34,277 nt of DNA from a virus. Lineage: Duplodnaviria > Caudoviricetes. Under the pieces are notes generated by a model. It saw only the letters and a program-made list of their open reading frames with translations, was not told where the DNA came from and did not search any database. The first letter of the stretch is position 1; every line of letters starts with the position of its first letter. The stretch covers positions 1-34,277 of IMG/VR virus record IMGVR_UViG_3300029825_000028, one strand, 5' to 3'. The position numbers were made by a program, and so were the translations under genes. Below, piece by piece: positions 1-9,605 of this stretch.

Positions 1-1344
1 AGAATCAATTGTATGCACCGCGTCAAGGTTCACAGGTTCACCATTGTAAGTACTCCAAGTATACAGGCTCGGGTCTGTAGGCGCCACCGGGCTGTCCGTA
101 TTGGCAATACCGATGTAGGGCTGTACGTAGTCTTCTGGATAGTCTTCGGGGGCAGGTGTCCAGGGAGTTGCGGTGGTGCCTTTTTCGAGTTTTAGACCGC
201 AGACAAATAATGTACCACCCTCGATAGAATTTTCAAATCTTGGTCGGATTTCCCCCCCAACGGTAACTTTGAATGTAACAGATAGTTTTGTCCATTCTTC
301 CGTATGTGTTATTTTTATTCCACCATTGTTTATGTTTCCTGCGTTTACGTCAGACGTAGAATTTCCGAATAATGCGACATTTCCAATAACACTGTTTTTT
401 ACATAACCAGAAAATGTATACTCTTCCCCCAATGACACAGCAATGTGCTGACCTAATCCTTCCCATGTCCCCATTCTCTTCTTAACCGTAAACCCATTGT
501 AAGTTCCATCAGTAGTCCACATGCCCGAATTTGCCCATGATGTCCCTGAAAAATCCTTAGTCCCTAAATACAGATTCCTCCCACTCGCATCCCACAAACT
601 AGGCTTATCCGTCATCCCTGTGCCCTGTGCATCCATTGCGTAGCGGATGTGGGTGTAGGCACCCGAACCTGTTTCAGGAAGTTTTTCATAAGTATTCATG
701 TCATACCATTCAAGAACCAACTGACCAGAATTATTCACTCTCACCCATTTGCACAGAATTTGAGCAACCCACGCCATGAGTTTGCGATATGTCAATCCAT
801 TCTCTACAGGCTTCTCATCAACAATATAGTTTGAATTTTCAAAAGAAGTCGTTCCTAAAGTGATTCCACAGTTCGTACAAGTGTCTTGAACAATCTGCAT
901 CAGCGTAGCAGGATATTCCAATGTACTGTCAGATGCATCAGAGTCAAGCATATAGAGATTATCGTAACACTCCAGTGAAATTGTAGCACCATTGTATTTA
1001 GGTGTCTCATAGACCGTATAATAGCCTATGCGTAGCTTTTCAGTCGTTCCGTCAGCAAGTTCCATTCCAGCATAAGCAGTAACCTTTGCGCCGTTGAAAT
1101 CGTATTCAGAATAACTATCGTCAATATTGTTTATGGTAAATTTCAGAACACCAATAATCACACTGCCAATATCAAATGTATTGTCACTGGAAACTGCATC
1201 TTCAAAAGAGAAACTTCCACTCCAAAGATTTGTATTATCAAAGTTCAAAGTCGTTCCGTCCTGCAAAGTCATGTCCGCATAGCACAGATAACTTCTATTG
1301 TCATTATTCAATTCATCTGCAAACCCACTGGAAACATTTCTCAT
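1..1344 (-). CDS. Tail/baseplate protein with carbohydrate-binding-like insert (3' end runs off the window)
   Basis: Missing from the ORF track because it is truncated. Manual translation from ATG 1344 gives MRNVSSGFADELNNDNRSYLCYADMTLQDG...FDIGSVIIG...GRNLYLGTKDF...KLEKGTTATPWTPAPED, open to base 1. GRNL...KLEKG..ATPW.PAPED is typical of siphophage tail/receptor-binding modules. It lies after the TMP and Dit genes. Confidence 0.85.
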   Translation of the reverse strand, partial: MRNVSSGFADELNNDNRSYLCYADMTLQDGTTLNFDNTNLWSGSFSFEDAVSSDNTFDIGSVIIGVLKFTINNIDDSYSEYDFNGAKVTAYAGMELADGTTEKLRIGYYTVYETPKYNGATISLECYDNLYMLDSDASDSTLEYPATLMQIVQDTCTNCGITLGTTSFENSNYIVDEKPVENGLTYRKLMAWVAQILCKWVRVNNSGQLVLEWYDMNTYEKLPETGSGAYTHIRYAMDAQGTGMTDKPSLWDASGRNLYLGTKDFSGTSWANSGMWTTDGTYNGFTVKKRMGTWEGLGQHIAVSLGEEYTFSGYVKNSVIGNVALFGNSTSDVNAGNINNGGIKITHTEEWTKLSVTFKVTVGGEIRPRFENSIEGGTLFVCGLKLEKGTTATPWTPAPEDYPEDYVQPYIGIANTDSPVAPTDPSLYTWSTYNGEPVNLDAVHTIDS

Positions 1345-1350
1345 GTACAA

Positions 1351-1707
1351 TTACCTCTCTATGATATCGAATGATACGGAGTCAAACCGTTTACCGCCCG
1401 CGAACCATTGCTTAAAAGGTGAACTTCTATCACCAACATAAAACGTCCTTGTCTCCATTGCATTGTCCATAGGGTCGTGATATGTAACGCTCACATACTC
1501 TGGATTAAAAGCCTGCAATATTGCCGCCGCATCCGCAGGGATAGGAGCGTTCCAGGCAAGTTTAAGTGTACGCTTTTGAGCTATTCTGTTTTTATGCATC
1601 ATTGCATCCTGCGTCCTTCCCGAATCTGACGCAGAAATGTCTTGAAGACCCCACTCACATTTCGAGGGAGTCTTCACTGCGACACCATTCACAGCTAAAA
1701 AAGCCAT
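1351..1707 (-). CDS. Putative distal tail protein (DUF6711-like)
   Basis: 118 aa directly after the TMP; DSGRT.D..MHK.RIA.KR.L.L.W and TFYVGDRS motifs; SD AAGGA. Confidence 0.7.
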   Translation of the reverse strand: MAFLAVNGVAVKTPSKCEWGLQDISASDSGRTQDAMMHKNRIAQKRTLKLAWNAPIPADAAAILQAFNPEYVSVTYHDPMDNAMETRTFYVGDRSSPFKQWFAGGKRFDSVSFDIIER

Positions 1708-1724
1708 AATCTTTGTCCTTTCTT

Positions 1725-4700
1725 TTATGTGCTAAACCTGTAATCCAGTTTATCCTGTCCACGTTGAACCGCTCTTGCCAGAACTTCATCGTTTTCGGTC
1801 TTGACCGTGACATAAAAAACAGGTTCTTTCCCGTTATCATTTCCCGAGAACAAACCTGCTACTTCCATCATGCCCTGTACAACAGCATTCTTAATACCTG
1901 TGGCAATTTGATTATTATTTGCGACAACATTCTTATTGCCCATGCGGCCAACCATTTCAGGGCCTTTTTCATTTGCTACAAACATCTCGCCCATTTGAGG
2001 AAAACCACCTTTAGCATACCAGTTCACATCAAAGTTAGGTGTCGCAAAGAAACTGTGCCCTACATTATGATACGAATAAGAACTAACACCGATATGCGGT
2101 GTCGGAATATACACACTCTTAAATCCGTCAGCAAAAGATTGAGCAGCATCACGCCCTACACCACGCATTCCATTTACGGCTGTTCTAACCTTGTTTGGGA
2201 GATTTCTAAATGCATTTTCTATGCTGTCCATACCGGATGATGTGGCACTTCTCATCTGACTCATGTTGTTTTTATGCGTGGAAAGGACACTTTGCATTCC
2301 TGAACTCATAGTTCTTTTAATACTGTCCATTTTAGAGCGGACGGAAGTATCCATTCCTGAAAGCGTAGAATCCAAGCTCTGTTTTGTGCCTTTCCAAGAA
2401 GAATCTGTATCAGTCTTTGTGCCGCTCCATGCATTTTTAACCTTATCTTTTATACTGTTAAAAACCGTTCCGGCAGTTGATTTCAGTCCGTCCCAAATCG
2501 TACCTAAGCCAGATTTTATACTATTCCACTTTTCTGTCGTATTGGTCTTGATATTGTCCCATTTCTGTGACACCGTAGCCTTTATATTTTCAAATTTAGT
2601 GGATGCCCAACTTTTTAGGTCATCCCATTTCCCACCCAAGTAAGTAGTAATCTTTCCCCATACTTCGGATGTCTTATCTTTCAAAGCCGTCCATTTTTCA
2701 GCCACCCAATCCTTCACCTTTGTTGCAGCTTCTTTGATTTCGTCCCAGTGAGTGACGATTAATGCAACACCAGCAATGATACCCATTATAAGCAATCCTT
2801 GCGGGCTGAATATTACGGAACCTATGCTTCCAAGAACCGGGCCTATCTTTGATACAACGCTTGACGCACCTGTTGCCAGTTTAGAAAAGATGCCACCCTC
2901 TCCGGCAATTTTGGCTACTCCCTCTGTAACTCCTGGGATTGTACCGGTCTTAATAAGCCCTCCCAGATTAGAAAGGTTTGTCGCGGCATCAGTGACCCAC
3001 TTGGCTGCGCTGCTCGCAAAGTCAACCATTTTAAATATGGCTGGGATACCTTTTATTGCTGCAAGAATCACTAAAAACGCTGTTCCAGAACCGCTGTCAA
3101 GCAATCCAGAAACAACGCCTTTTACAGCTTCAAGAATGCCGCCGGCAACCGTTGTGAATATCCCCCACCAGTCAATACTTCCAAGGAAATCACCTATTGC
3201 CTGGCCAAAAGCAACCCAGTCTGTATTGTCAATTACTTGTCTGATTGTTCCAAGCAATGACATTACCAAATCGCTCAATGACTGTCCGAGTCCTGCCCAG
3301 TCCGTATTATGGATAAAAGTATTAATTCCGTTATATAGGTTCGAAGCAATCTCATCCCATTTCACCGTATTGACAAAGTTCTGGATAATTTGAGCAAGAC
3401 CGTTTAACGCACTGGAAAGAACACTTCCTATGGTAGTAAAGTTCACCCTGGTGAAAATGCCATTAACTCCGTCGCCAAACTTCTTCCCCATTAAAGCATA
3501 ATTCAGACCGCCGTCCTTGCCATTCCCATTCACAAAACCGTCCAAAATATTCCAGATAATCATGAACTTATTTCCCAGGAATCTTCCCAGATTTTCAAAG
3601 TTCACTTCTGTAAATATACCATTCACTCCAGTTGCGAATTTAGCGCCTAATTGCTTCCAGTCAATGCCTTCAATGAGTAAGTTCAGAGTGTTTACAATGG
3701 TGTTAATTCCTGCGCCTATTGTACGTCCCATTAAATCCCAGTCTATGTATTTCACAAGACTGTTGAATGTCCTGGTAAATGCATTTACAAACCAAGTGAT
3801 TTTCGGGCCAACAGTATCCCAGTTTATAGCGTCATAGACCTTCTGCATCCCTTTATTAATGCCGTCGGCCATGATTTTTCCAAGAGCTTCCCAATCCTCT
3901 CTCAAGGCTGCATCACGCATTTTCTTTGCAAGGTCGGCAAGTGCGCCATCCACAGGAACGGTTTCGAACATATCCATTGGAGACACGCCACCGCCGCCTC
4001 CTCCGCCACCGCCGCCGGAGCCACCAGAACTACCGCCAGAGCCGCTGTTAGGGTCGTTCAAAATATTTAATTCATCAAACCCCATAACTGTCTTTTGGAG
4101 TTCCTTAGCGGCTTTATTCGCATCATCCAGCCCGTCAGATGCGCCTTTTCCTGTATCGGCTAGTGAAGCACCGTAGTCCTGCATCACCTTCACCGCCTTA
4201 ACGGTAAACCCCTTGCCTGTCAGTGCTGCAAAGAATTTTCCAACAGCGTTAAGTGCCGTTGCCACCATATCCACAAACTTCTGCAAATATGGGCCAACCG
4301 CATTAACTATTGGAGCAAATGCCGCTGCCCATGCATTTTTCAAATAAGACAAAGATGACATTATCCCGGAAATACTTTGATTGTATGCATTACTATATTG
4401 TACAAGGTTGTCAGAACCTTCTTTCAGTGCATTTTTTATGCCAGAAATCATTCCAAAGATAGTAGAATACAGCACAGACATTCCAATCATCTGTGGAACC
4501 CCGAATCTACGTCCAGATTGTTTCTGTACACCCAGAAGAGAATCTTTTAATCTTCCTAATGCTGAAATAGGGCTTGCTAACGTTTTTGTCAAACTTCTTG
4601 CTCCAGCTGCAAATGACACAAGACCTTTCCCTGCTTTTTTCGCACCAGACCATATTCCAGTAAAGAATTTGTTTACACCGTTTAAAGTGCTTTTTAATCC

Positions 4701-5663
4701 AGCGAATACTTCCGCAGTACTCCTTGTTGAATTGGCAGCTTTATACTCTGCGCTTGCGGTATCTCTTAATTCTTTGTTATACATTCTCTGTGCATTTGTA
4801 ACCTCTGCAAGTTCCCGGGCAACAGCATCATACTCTGGGTCAAACTGTGTATATCCGCTTGAAGCCAAACCTCTCAACTCAGATTTAAGTCTCTGAATTT
4901 GCGCTTCAAATGTGTTCGTTTTTCTTATTGTGTCATCACTAATAAACTTGCCAATATCAGGCTCCGCCAATGCAGAACCTATGCCTGTTCTATTTCTGGT
5001 AAATGCAGACTCTCTTACGCGCGGAATATTCGCCATGCTTGCCACGCTTGGTCTTGAAACCGCAGGAGTATCATTTCCTTTATTAATCGTAAAGTTGTTT
5101 AATTTAGCCTGTTCAGCATTTATCTCGGAAATACGGCTCTTGTACACATCAAGCATATTAGTAGCTTTCTGGATGTCATAAACAAGGTCATACCATGTCT
5201 TTCCAAGCTTATCAGTGCCTTCAACTGTAGTCTTTTTGTTCATTCTGTCTTGTGCCCTTCCGAGGGCTGACTCTGCGGCTTCAGCTTTCTGCTTTAATTC
5301 AGGTAATCCCATATCAGAAATATCAGTATTTTTACCAACATCTTTGAACTTCTCTTTCAGTTCGTCCACAGACTTTGCAGCATATTTCAAATCTGCACGA
5401 TTCACTCTGGGCGACATATTGGTTCTGCCTAATTTTTTCGCAGATGCCATTACTTCATCTATCTGGGATTGAGCCTTTTCAAAAGTACTCAAATCAAAGT
5501 TTCCAATGCTATCAATGGAACTGGAAAGTGACACAACTTTTTCGATAGAATCAGCTATTTTATTCAGTCTTTTTTCCATGCCGGATAATGCACGGTTGGC
5601 TTTACTAGCTTCAGCTTCAACCGCTATTTCAAGTCTATCTATCTCATTTGCCACTTTCGCCAC
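1725..5663 (-). CDS. Tail tape measure protein
   Basis: 1312 aa, helical and Ala/Gly-rich, with IDW..LG repeats, ~11-aa Trp-spaced repeats, a GFDELN motif, a Gly/Ser linker and a C-terminal WYAKGGF...GPEMVG; follows the tail chaperones. Confidence 0.95.
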   Translation of the reverse strand: MAKVANEIDRLEIAVEAEASKANRALSGMEKRLNKIADSIEKVVSLSSSIDSIGNFDLSTFEKAQSQIDEVMASAKKLGRTNMSPRVNRADLKYAAKSVDELKEKFKDVGKNTDISDMGLPELKQKAEAAESALGRAQDRMNKKTTVEGTDKLGKTWYDLVYDIQKATNMLDVYKSRISEINAEQAKLNNFTINKGNDTPAVSRPSVASMANIPRVRESAFTRNRTGIGSALAEPDIGKFISDDTIRKTNTFEAQIQRLKSELRGLASSGYTQFDPEYDAVARELAEVTNAQRMYNKELRDTASAEYKAANSTRSTAEVFAGLKSTLNGVNKFFTGIWSGAKKAGKGLVSFAAGARSLTKTLASPISALGRLKDSLLGVQKQSGRRFGVPQMIGMSVLYSTIFGMISGIKNALKEGSDNLVQYSNAYNQSISGIMSSLSYLKNAWAAAFAPIVNAVGPYLQKFVDMVATALNAVGKFFAALTGKGFTVKAVKVMQDYGASLADTGKGASDGLDDANKAAKELQKTVMGFDELNILNDPNSGSGGSSGGSGGGGGGGGGGVSPMDMFETVPVDGALADLAKKMRDAALREDWEALGKIMADGINKGMQKVYDAINWDTVGPKITWFVNAFTRTFNSLVKYIDWDLMGRTIGAGINTIVNTLNLLIEGIDWKQLGAKFATGVNGIFTEVNFENLGRFLGNKFMIIWNILDGFVNGNGKDGGLNYALMGKKFGDGVNGIFTRVNFTTIGSVLSSALNGLAQIIQNFVNTVKWDEIASNLYNGINTFIHNTDWAGLGQSLSDLVMSLLGTIRQVIDNTDWVAFGQAIGDFLGSIDWWGIFTTVAGGILEAVKGVVSGLLDSGSGTAFLVILAAIKGIPAIFKMVDFASSAAKWVTDAATNLSNLGGLIKTGTIPGVTEGVAKIAGEGGIFSKLATGASSVVSKIGPVLGSIGSVIFSPQGLLIMGIIAGVALIVTHWDEIKEAATKVKDWVAEKWTALKDKTSEVWGKITTYLGGKWDDLKSWASTKFENIKATVSQKWDNIKTNTTEKWNSIKSGLGTIWDGLKSTAGTVFNSIKDKVKNAWSGTKTDTDSSWKGTKQSLDSTLSGMDTSVRSKMDSIKRTMSSGMQSVLSTHKNNMSQMRSATSSGMDSIENAFRNLPNKVRTAVNGMRGVGRDAAQSFADGFKSVYIPTPHIGVSSYSYHNVGHSFFATPNFDVNWYAKGGFPQMGEMFVANEKGPEMVGRMGNKNVVANNNQIATGIKNAVVQGMMEVAGLFSGNDNGKEPVFYVTVKTENDEVLARAVQRGQDKLDYRFST

Positions 5664-5967
5664 TTCCTTTCATATTCTGATTGAATGCATTCGCCCATTC
5701 CCCAAACTTAATAGCGGAAACATCAGGGACGCTCACAGCCTTTGCAGAATCATTTTCCAATGCATGGTCAGGATATTTAACTTTCTTATCAAGACACGCC
5801 CCGATTGCATTCATAACGTACATTCCATTAAGCCATGCGGAATAGTTTAGGCTGTCAAAGTCAGCCTGTTGCTTATCCTCAAATGCTTTTTGATACAAAT
5901 TTATGACCTTTGGAGTCAACTCCCAAAAATCCTTATACGGAATGCCATACCGGATTGCACGGGGCAA
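5644..5967 (-). CDS. Tail assembly chaperone, gpT-like part (probably made as a -1 frameshift fusion)
   Basis: YGIPYKDFWELTP motif; no clear SD. The frame is open upstream to the T-TTT-TTC site at 6096-6102 within the preceding gene. Confidence 0.8.
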   Translation of the reverse strand: MPRAIRYGIPYKDFWELTPKVINLYQKAFEDKQQADFDSLNYSAWLNGMYVMNAIGACLDKKVKYPDHALENDSAKAVSVPDVSAIKFGEWANAFNQNMKGSGESGK

Positions 5968-5999
5968 CCAATATTCATTTATTGCTTGCGTATAGCTTT

Positions 6000-6362
6000 T
6001 TACTCGGATTCTTGTTCCGGTTTGCTTATCGGAGTTACCTTCGCTGTCTTCTTCACCGGTTTCTTCTCTTCCTCCTGAATCCCCAGCATCTTTTGGAAAA
6101 AATCTGATTCACCAATTGCCTCACCAAATGCACTTACAATGTCAGTGATGTTTCCGCCGCCAAGAACGTGCTGCTCAAGCAACTCTTCTGCCTCTGCTCT
6201 GTCAAATCCGGTCACTGCGCATGTAAATCCCATTGCAATAAGAAGTAACTGCTTTTTCTGGAATGCATCTATAATTGAAAAACCCTGCTCTTCCATTTTC
6301 GTATAATGCCTGAACGTCAATTCCGGCACATCATAACTTTTACTATTGATTTTGACTTTCAT
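6000..6362 (-). CDS. Tail assembly chaperone (gpG-like)
   Basis: Lies between the major tail and TMP genes; SD AAGGAG; contains a slippery heptamer. Confidence 0.8.
   Translation of the reverse strand: MKVKINSKSYDVPELTFRHYTKMEEQGFSIIDAFQKKQLLLIAMGFTCAVTGFDRAEAEELLEQHVLGGGNITDIVSAFGEAIGESDFFQKMLGIQEEEKKPVKKTAKVTPISKPEQESE
6096..6102 (-). other. -1 programmed frameshift site T TTT TTC (G/GT chaperone)
   Basis: Reads GAT TTT TTC. The -1 frame has a TGA just upstream and then stays open through to 5644. Confidence 0.8.
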
Positions 6363-6387
6363 TTGTCTCGTTCTCCTTGTCTGCTAT

Positions 6388-6427
6388 ATAAAAAATAATG
6401 GCGCACCCTATTTGTTTAAGATGCGCC
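6388..6427 (-). terminator. Intrinsic terminator after the major tail gene
   Basis: GGCGCATCTTA-aacaaa-TAGGGTGCGCC followed by ATTATTTTTT. Confidence 0.65.
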
Positions 6428-6489
6428 TTTGCCGATCGTTGCCAGCCCAATAACCCCCGTACCTACCACGGCTCTTTCAGCCGGGGGTA

Positions 6490-6906
6490 TTATTCCCCCG
6501 ATGCTGAGGTTGGAGAGATAACGGTTGAGGGTGTAACAGTGATTGTCATTTCACGCGCGCCGTTAACCTCGCCCTCATTTACAAATACAGAATGCTGCCC
6601 TTTCCAAGAGAAGATTCCGTCTGCGCCAGCCGCTCCGAACTCCAATTGATAAAACTGTTCAGTTCCGGCACTTTCACTGATTGCAGTATATTTCTCCTTA
6701 TCAAAATTTGCCGTAAACTGCATGGACTCAACCTGCTGAACGCCTGGAACGAACGTCTGCATAACGTCTTCCAAGTCAGTAGTTTCAATCTGTTCGGGTT
6801 CTCCGCCAAGTTGCGGGTATGTCTTGATTTTGCACAACTGCGTCAATGCAGATGCAGTTGTGCCTGCTTTCAAGATAGTATTAATTGTGCTTAATCCTGC
6901 GGACAT
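6490..6906 (-). CDS. Major tail (tube) protein
   Basis: IKTYPQLGGEPEQIETTDLED...FVPGVQ motif; start moved to ATG 6906 behind SD AGAAAGGAAGG. Confidence 0.9.
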   Translation of the reverse strand: MSAGLSTINTILKAGTTASALTQLCKIKTYPQLGGEPEQIETTDLEDVMQTFVPGVQQVESMQFTANFDKEKYTAISESAGTEQFYQLEFGAAGADGIFSWKGQHSVFVNEGEVNGAREMTITVTPSTVISPTSASGE

Positions 6907-6971
6907 AATTACCTTCCTTTCTACCGCCAACTATTGGCGGTCAGCGACTACCTCTTGCGATAGCCGGTCAT

Positions 6972-6999
6972 AAAAATAGAGAGCCTATATAAAGCTCTC
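6972..6999 (-). terminator. Terminator-like hairpin between the tail completion and major tail genes
   Basis: GAGAGCTT-tatat-AGGCTCTC followed by TATTTTT. Confidence 0.5.
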
Positions 7000-7396
7000 A
7001 GTTAAACTTTTCTATTTCATCTACCGAACTTACAATTCTTCTGAACCGTGCTACCATTCGATAGATATTTGTATCGGCGGCATTTGAAATCTTCATAGGA
7101 CCGTAATTTCTTACATACCCCATAATCCTCATGCCGTCACATGCTTTGCTAATAATGTTCTTTGCCTCTGTAATGCTCTTATTGGAAAAGACCTGTATCT
7201 CCACCACGGATTGAACCGCATTCTCTGTGTTCTCCAAATCCATAGCATAATCGGGACTGTCGATTTGAACCACTCCCATATAAGGGAACTTAGCCGGAGT
7301 CTTGGAACTGTCGTCCCCTATTTCCGAACAAATGTCAGACACATGTTTCTTCAAATTTGAGAGCACGCGATTACTCACGTCAAGCAATTCGACCAC
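6998..7396 (-). CDS. Tail completion/terminator protein
   Basis: PAKFPY motif, ends RMVARFRR; immediately upstream of the major tail gene. Confidence 0.75.
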   Translation of the reverse strand: MVELLDVSNRVLSNLKKHVSDICSEIGDDSSKTPAKFPYMGVVQIDSPDYAMDLENTENAVQSVVEIQVFSNKSITEAKNIISKACDGMRIMGYVRNYGPMKISNAADTNIYRMVARFRRIVSSVDEIEKFN

Positions 7397-8021
7397 ACCC
7401 TTTCATACTTCTCAAATCTCCGGGATAAAATAAAACCTCTGGGTCTCTTATTCCTAGTTGATATCGTTTGTATGTACGCTTGTCATTTATCCCAAGTATT
7501 TCGCACCACTCCGCAACACATTTGTCTTCACCATGATAAATGATTCTAATATTACTTGTTTTATTTCTTGCCTGTTCTTTCATGGTTATAAACGTACAGT
7601 TTTCAGGACAATACCCCACATCAAGGCTTTTTCTTTCAATGCTTAAATCTGGGTTCCACCCGTTTTCTACAGCCCATTTTGCAAAAGCTCTAAAACTGCT
7701 TCTCCACTCCTTACAAACAGTAATTCCTCTTGCCCCATAAGTGTAAAATCTGTCTGAATTAGTTTTATAGCACCTGTCTCTCATATTTCTCCAAACGTTA
7801 TAAAGCCTTTCATAGTCGCGCGGATTCAATCCGACACTGTTCTTCATGGATTCATAAAGACAACCGCATGATTTGATATCACCCGCAACAACGGAATCAA
7901 TCCTTATATCCTTTTCTTTTCCACATTCACACCGGAATCTTCCGTAGCGCCGTTTTCCACGCATGGTATCAATTCCTAGATATGTAAGCATATTAAATTT
8001 ATCGCCTGCTTTTATTTTCAT
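7380..8021 (-). CDS. HNH-type (homing-like) endonuclease
   Basis: RCECG...SCGC N-terminus followed by RLYNVWRNMRDRC...YGARGITVCKEW...SIER...GYCPENC...EQARNK; start ATG 8021 behind SD GGAGG; inserted among neck genes. Confidence 0.8.
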   Translation of the reverse strand: MKIKAGDKFNMLTYLGIDTMRGKRRYGRFRCECGKEKDIRIDSVVAGDIKSCGCLYESMKNSVGLNPRDYERLYNVWRNMRDRCYKTNSDRFYTYGARGITVCKEWRSSFRAFAKWAVENGWNPDLSIERKSLDVGYCPENCTFITMKEQARNKTSNIRIIYHGEDKCVAEWCEILGINDKRTYKRYQLGIRDPEVLFYPGDLRSMKGCGRIA

Positions 8022-8115
8022 AGAAATCCTCCAACACAAAAAGCGTAGCATTTCGCCACGCCGAATTAATATTGATTGGAGAGTGTTCGGAACATACCCG
8101 AACATGCCTCGCTCT

Positions 8116-8619
8116 CTATGAGCCAAAAACGGTTTTCGCTATATTCGCAATCAAACTTGAATCTCTCAATGCCTGCGCCGTTTCAAACATGAATGGCCTA
8201 GAGGGTATCCCCTGTGTCCAATGCCAAGTGCCGTCCTTATAGTAGTACCAACCTTCGGCACCATAATCATGTATGTCATATTTCCAGCCAGCAATTGAAG
8301 GGTCTGGGTGAGGGTTCTCCTTGCCTTTTAAGCCGGTACCAAACTCATTGAATAATGCCCAACCGCAATTTGTGTAAATTAGATAAGTAGCTCCGTTTGT
8401 TACAACATCACCCTGTTCCAGATTCATACTATTAAGAAGGTCCCCTGTAAATACAGCATCAAAATCCAGTATCTTCAATTGAGCGATTGCGACACCCTCT
8501 TCTGCCATACGATAAGCGAACTCTTCGCATTTATCCGTCAGCTCCATGCGGTATGTGTGAATCTGTCTTGCGATATCACGGAATCCTTTAGCAGATAATC
8601 CGGTTGAATACTTACCCAT
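8116..8619 (-). CDS. HK97 gp10-like neck protein
   Basis: TGDLLNS, FNEFGTG and TQGIPSRPFM motifs. Confidence 0.8.
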   Translation of the reverse strand: MGKYSTGLSAKGFRDIARQIHTYRMELTDKCEEFAYRMAEEGVAIAQLKILDFDAVFTGDLLNSMNLEQGDVVTNGATYLIYTNCGWALFNEFGTGLKGKENPHPDPSIAGWKYDIHDYGAEGWYYYKDGTWHWTQGIPSRPFMFETAQALRDSSLIANIAKTVFGS

Positions 8620-9001
8620 TCTTCTTCCTCGCTTTCAGCGCGATAACCAACACGTTCAATCCGTCAGCTGGATGTGCAGCAATTTCATAGTCAGCTGAAT
8701 CCGGGTCTGCGGAACCGTCTGGCAAAAGAACCGGTACTGTTTCATACCATACCAGGGATGTCTCTTTAATCGGCAAGCTCAATTCTGTTGTAGATATGGT
8801 TCGTGTAAAATCAATATCAGTTCCAAACACTTCCCTTTGAGCTGTGCCTTTGCCTGCTGACAGGCTGGCATAAAACTCTACAGGCGGACTATAGCCGACT
8901 GTGAAATCTCCGGTTTCGTCACCGTTTTCGTCAACTATTGGAACTTTATCACGGTACGTTGCGTACCATAGTTTCCGCTGATTGATTTTTAAGTTTCTCA
9001 T
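8612..9001 (-). CDS. Head closure/head-tail joining protein
   Basis: MRNLKINQRKLWYA...DENGDETG...; start moved to ATG 9001; position in the neck module. Confidence 0.7.
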   Translation of the reverse strand: MRNLKINQRKLWYATYRDKVPIVDENGDETGDFTVGYSPPVEFYASLSAGKGTAQREVFGTDIDFTRTISTTELSLPIKETSLVWYETVPVLLPDGSADPDSADYEIAAHPADGLNVLVIALKARKKNG

Positions 9002-9118
9002 TTTTATACGCTTCCCTCCACCAATTAAACTGCGTATCCCTGCGACTCTCGTCACGCACAATCTACTTCTCACTTAACCCAGTGAGCGGAAGATACCGGA
9101 TCACCTAAGCCTTTCTTT

Positions 9119-9442
9119 TTAGAATCCCGCCCATGCAAAAACCCCTTTCAGGCAATCGTCTCTACTTTTCCATGTTCTTGATTCGCCATTTTCGCTGTGG
9201 CCTGTTTGTCCCTCTACACCACTTTGATTGTAATCATAGAGAGCCAAATCATGGATGTTAGAATAAAGCAATCCAAGGTCTTTCTGGATTTTTTCTTCCG
9301 TAAAGTGAGACGGATAGCTTCTTCGGTTTTTCACTTCTGACACTGCGTTTTTAACTTTCAGTGCCAAGACCTGCACATCATCAATAGCCGTGATTCCTAA
9401 TTCAGTTTTTAAATCCTCAACCACCGTATTCTGAACATCCAT
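9119..9442 (-). CDS. Head-tail connector (adaptor) protein
   Basis: YNQSGVEGQTGHSENGESRTW motif typical of SPP1 gp15/HK97 gp6-like adaptors. Confidence 0.85.
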   Translation of the reverse strand: MDVQNTVVEDLKTELGITAIDDVQVLALKVKNAVSEVKNRRSYPSHFTEEKIQKDLGLLYSNIHDLALYDYNQSGVEGQTGHSENGESRTWKSRDDCLKGVFAWAGF

Positions 9443-9453
9443 AATCAAATCTC

Positions 9454-9594
9454 CTATTTTGTTGCCTTTCCCTTGCTGGAACGGGTGTTTTTTGGAGCGT
9501 CTTCAACTTCTTCGGAATCAGCAATATCAGCGGGGACATCTGCCCCCGCTGGATAAAGAACCCCGTTATGCTTCACCGTGTATCCATACTGCAT
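9454..9594 (-). CDS. Small capsid-associated protein (46 aa, not in the ORF track)
   Basis: MQYGYTVKHNGVLYPAGADVP...KATK; perfect SD AAGGAGG; fills the gap after the capsid gene. Confidence 0.75.
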   Translation of the reverse strand: MQYGYTVKHNGVLYPAGADVPADIADSEEVEDAPKNTRSSKGKATK

Positions 9595-9605
9595 ATTAAT
9601 CCTCC

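Noticed and set aside
1-1344. Diversity-generating retroelement target
   Set aside because: No reverse transcriptase or template/variable repeat pair in the window
1713-5850. Long plus-strand ORFs opposite the tape measure gene
   Set aside because: Antisense shadows of a long coding frame, with no SDs or motifs
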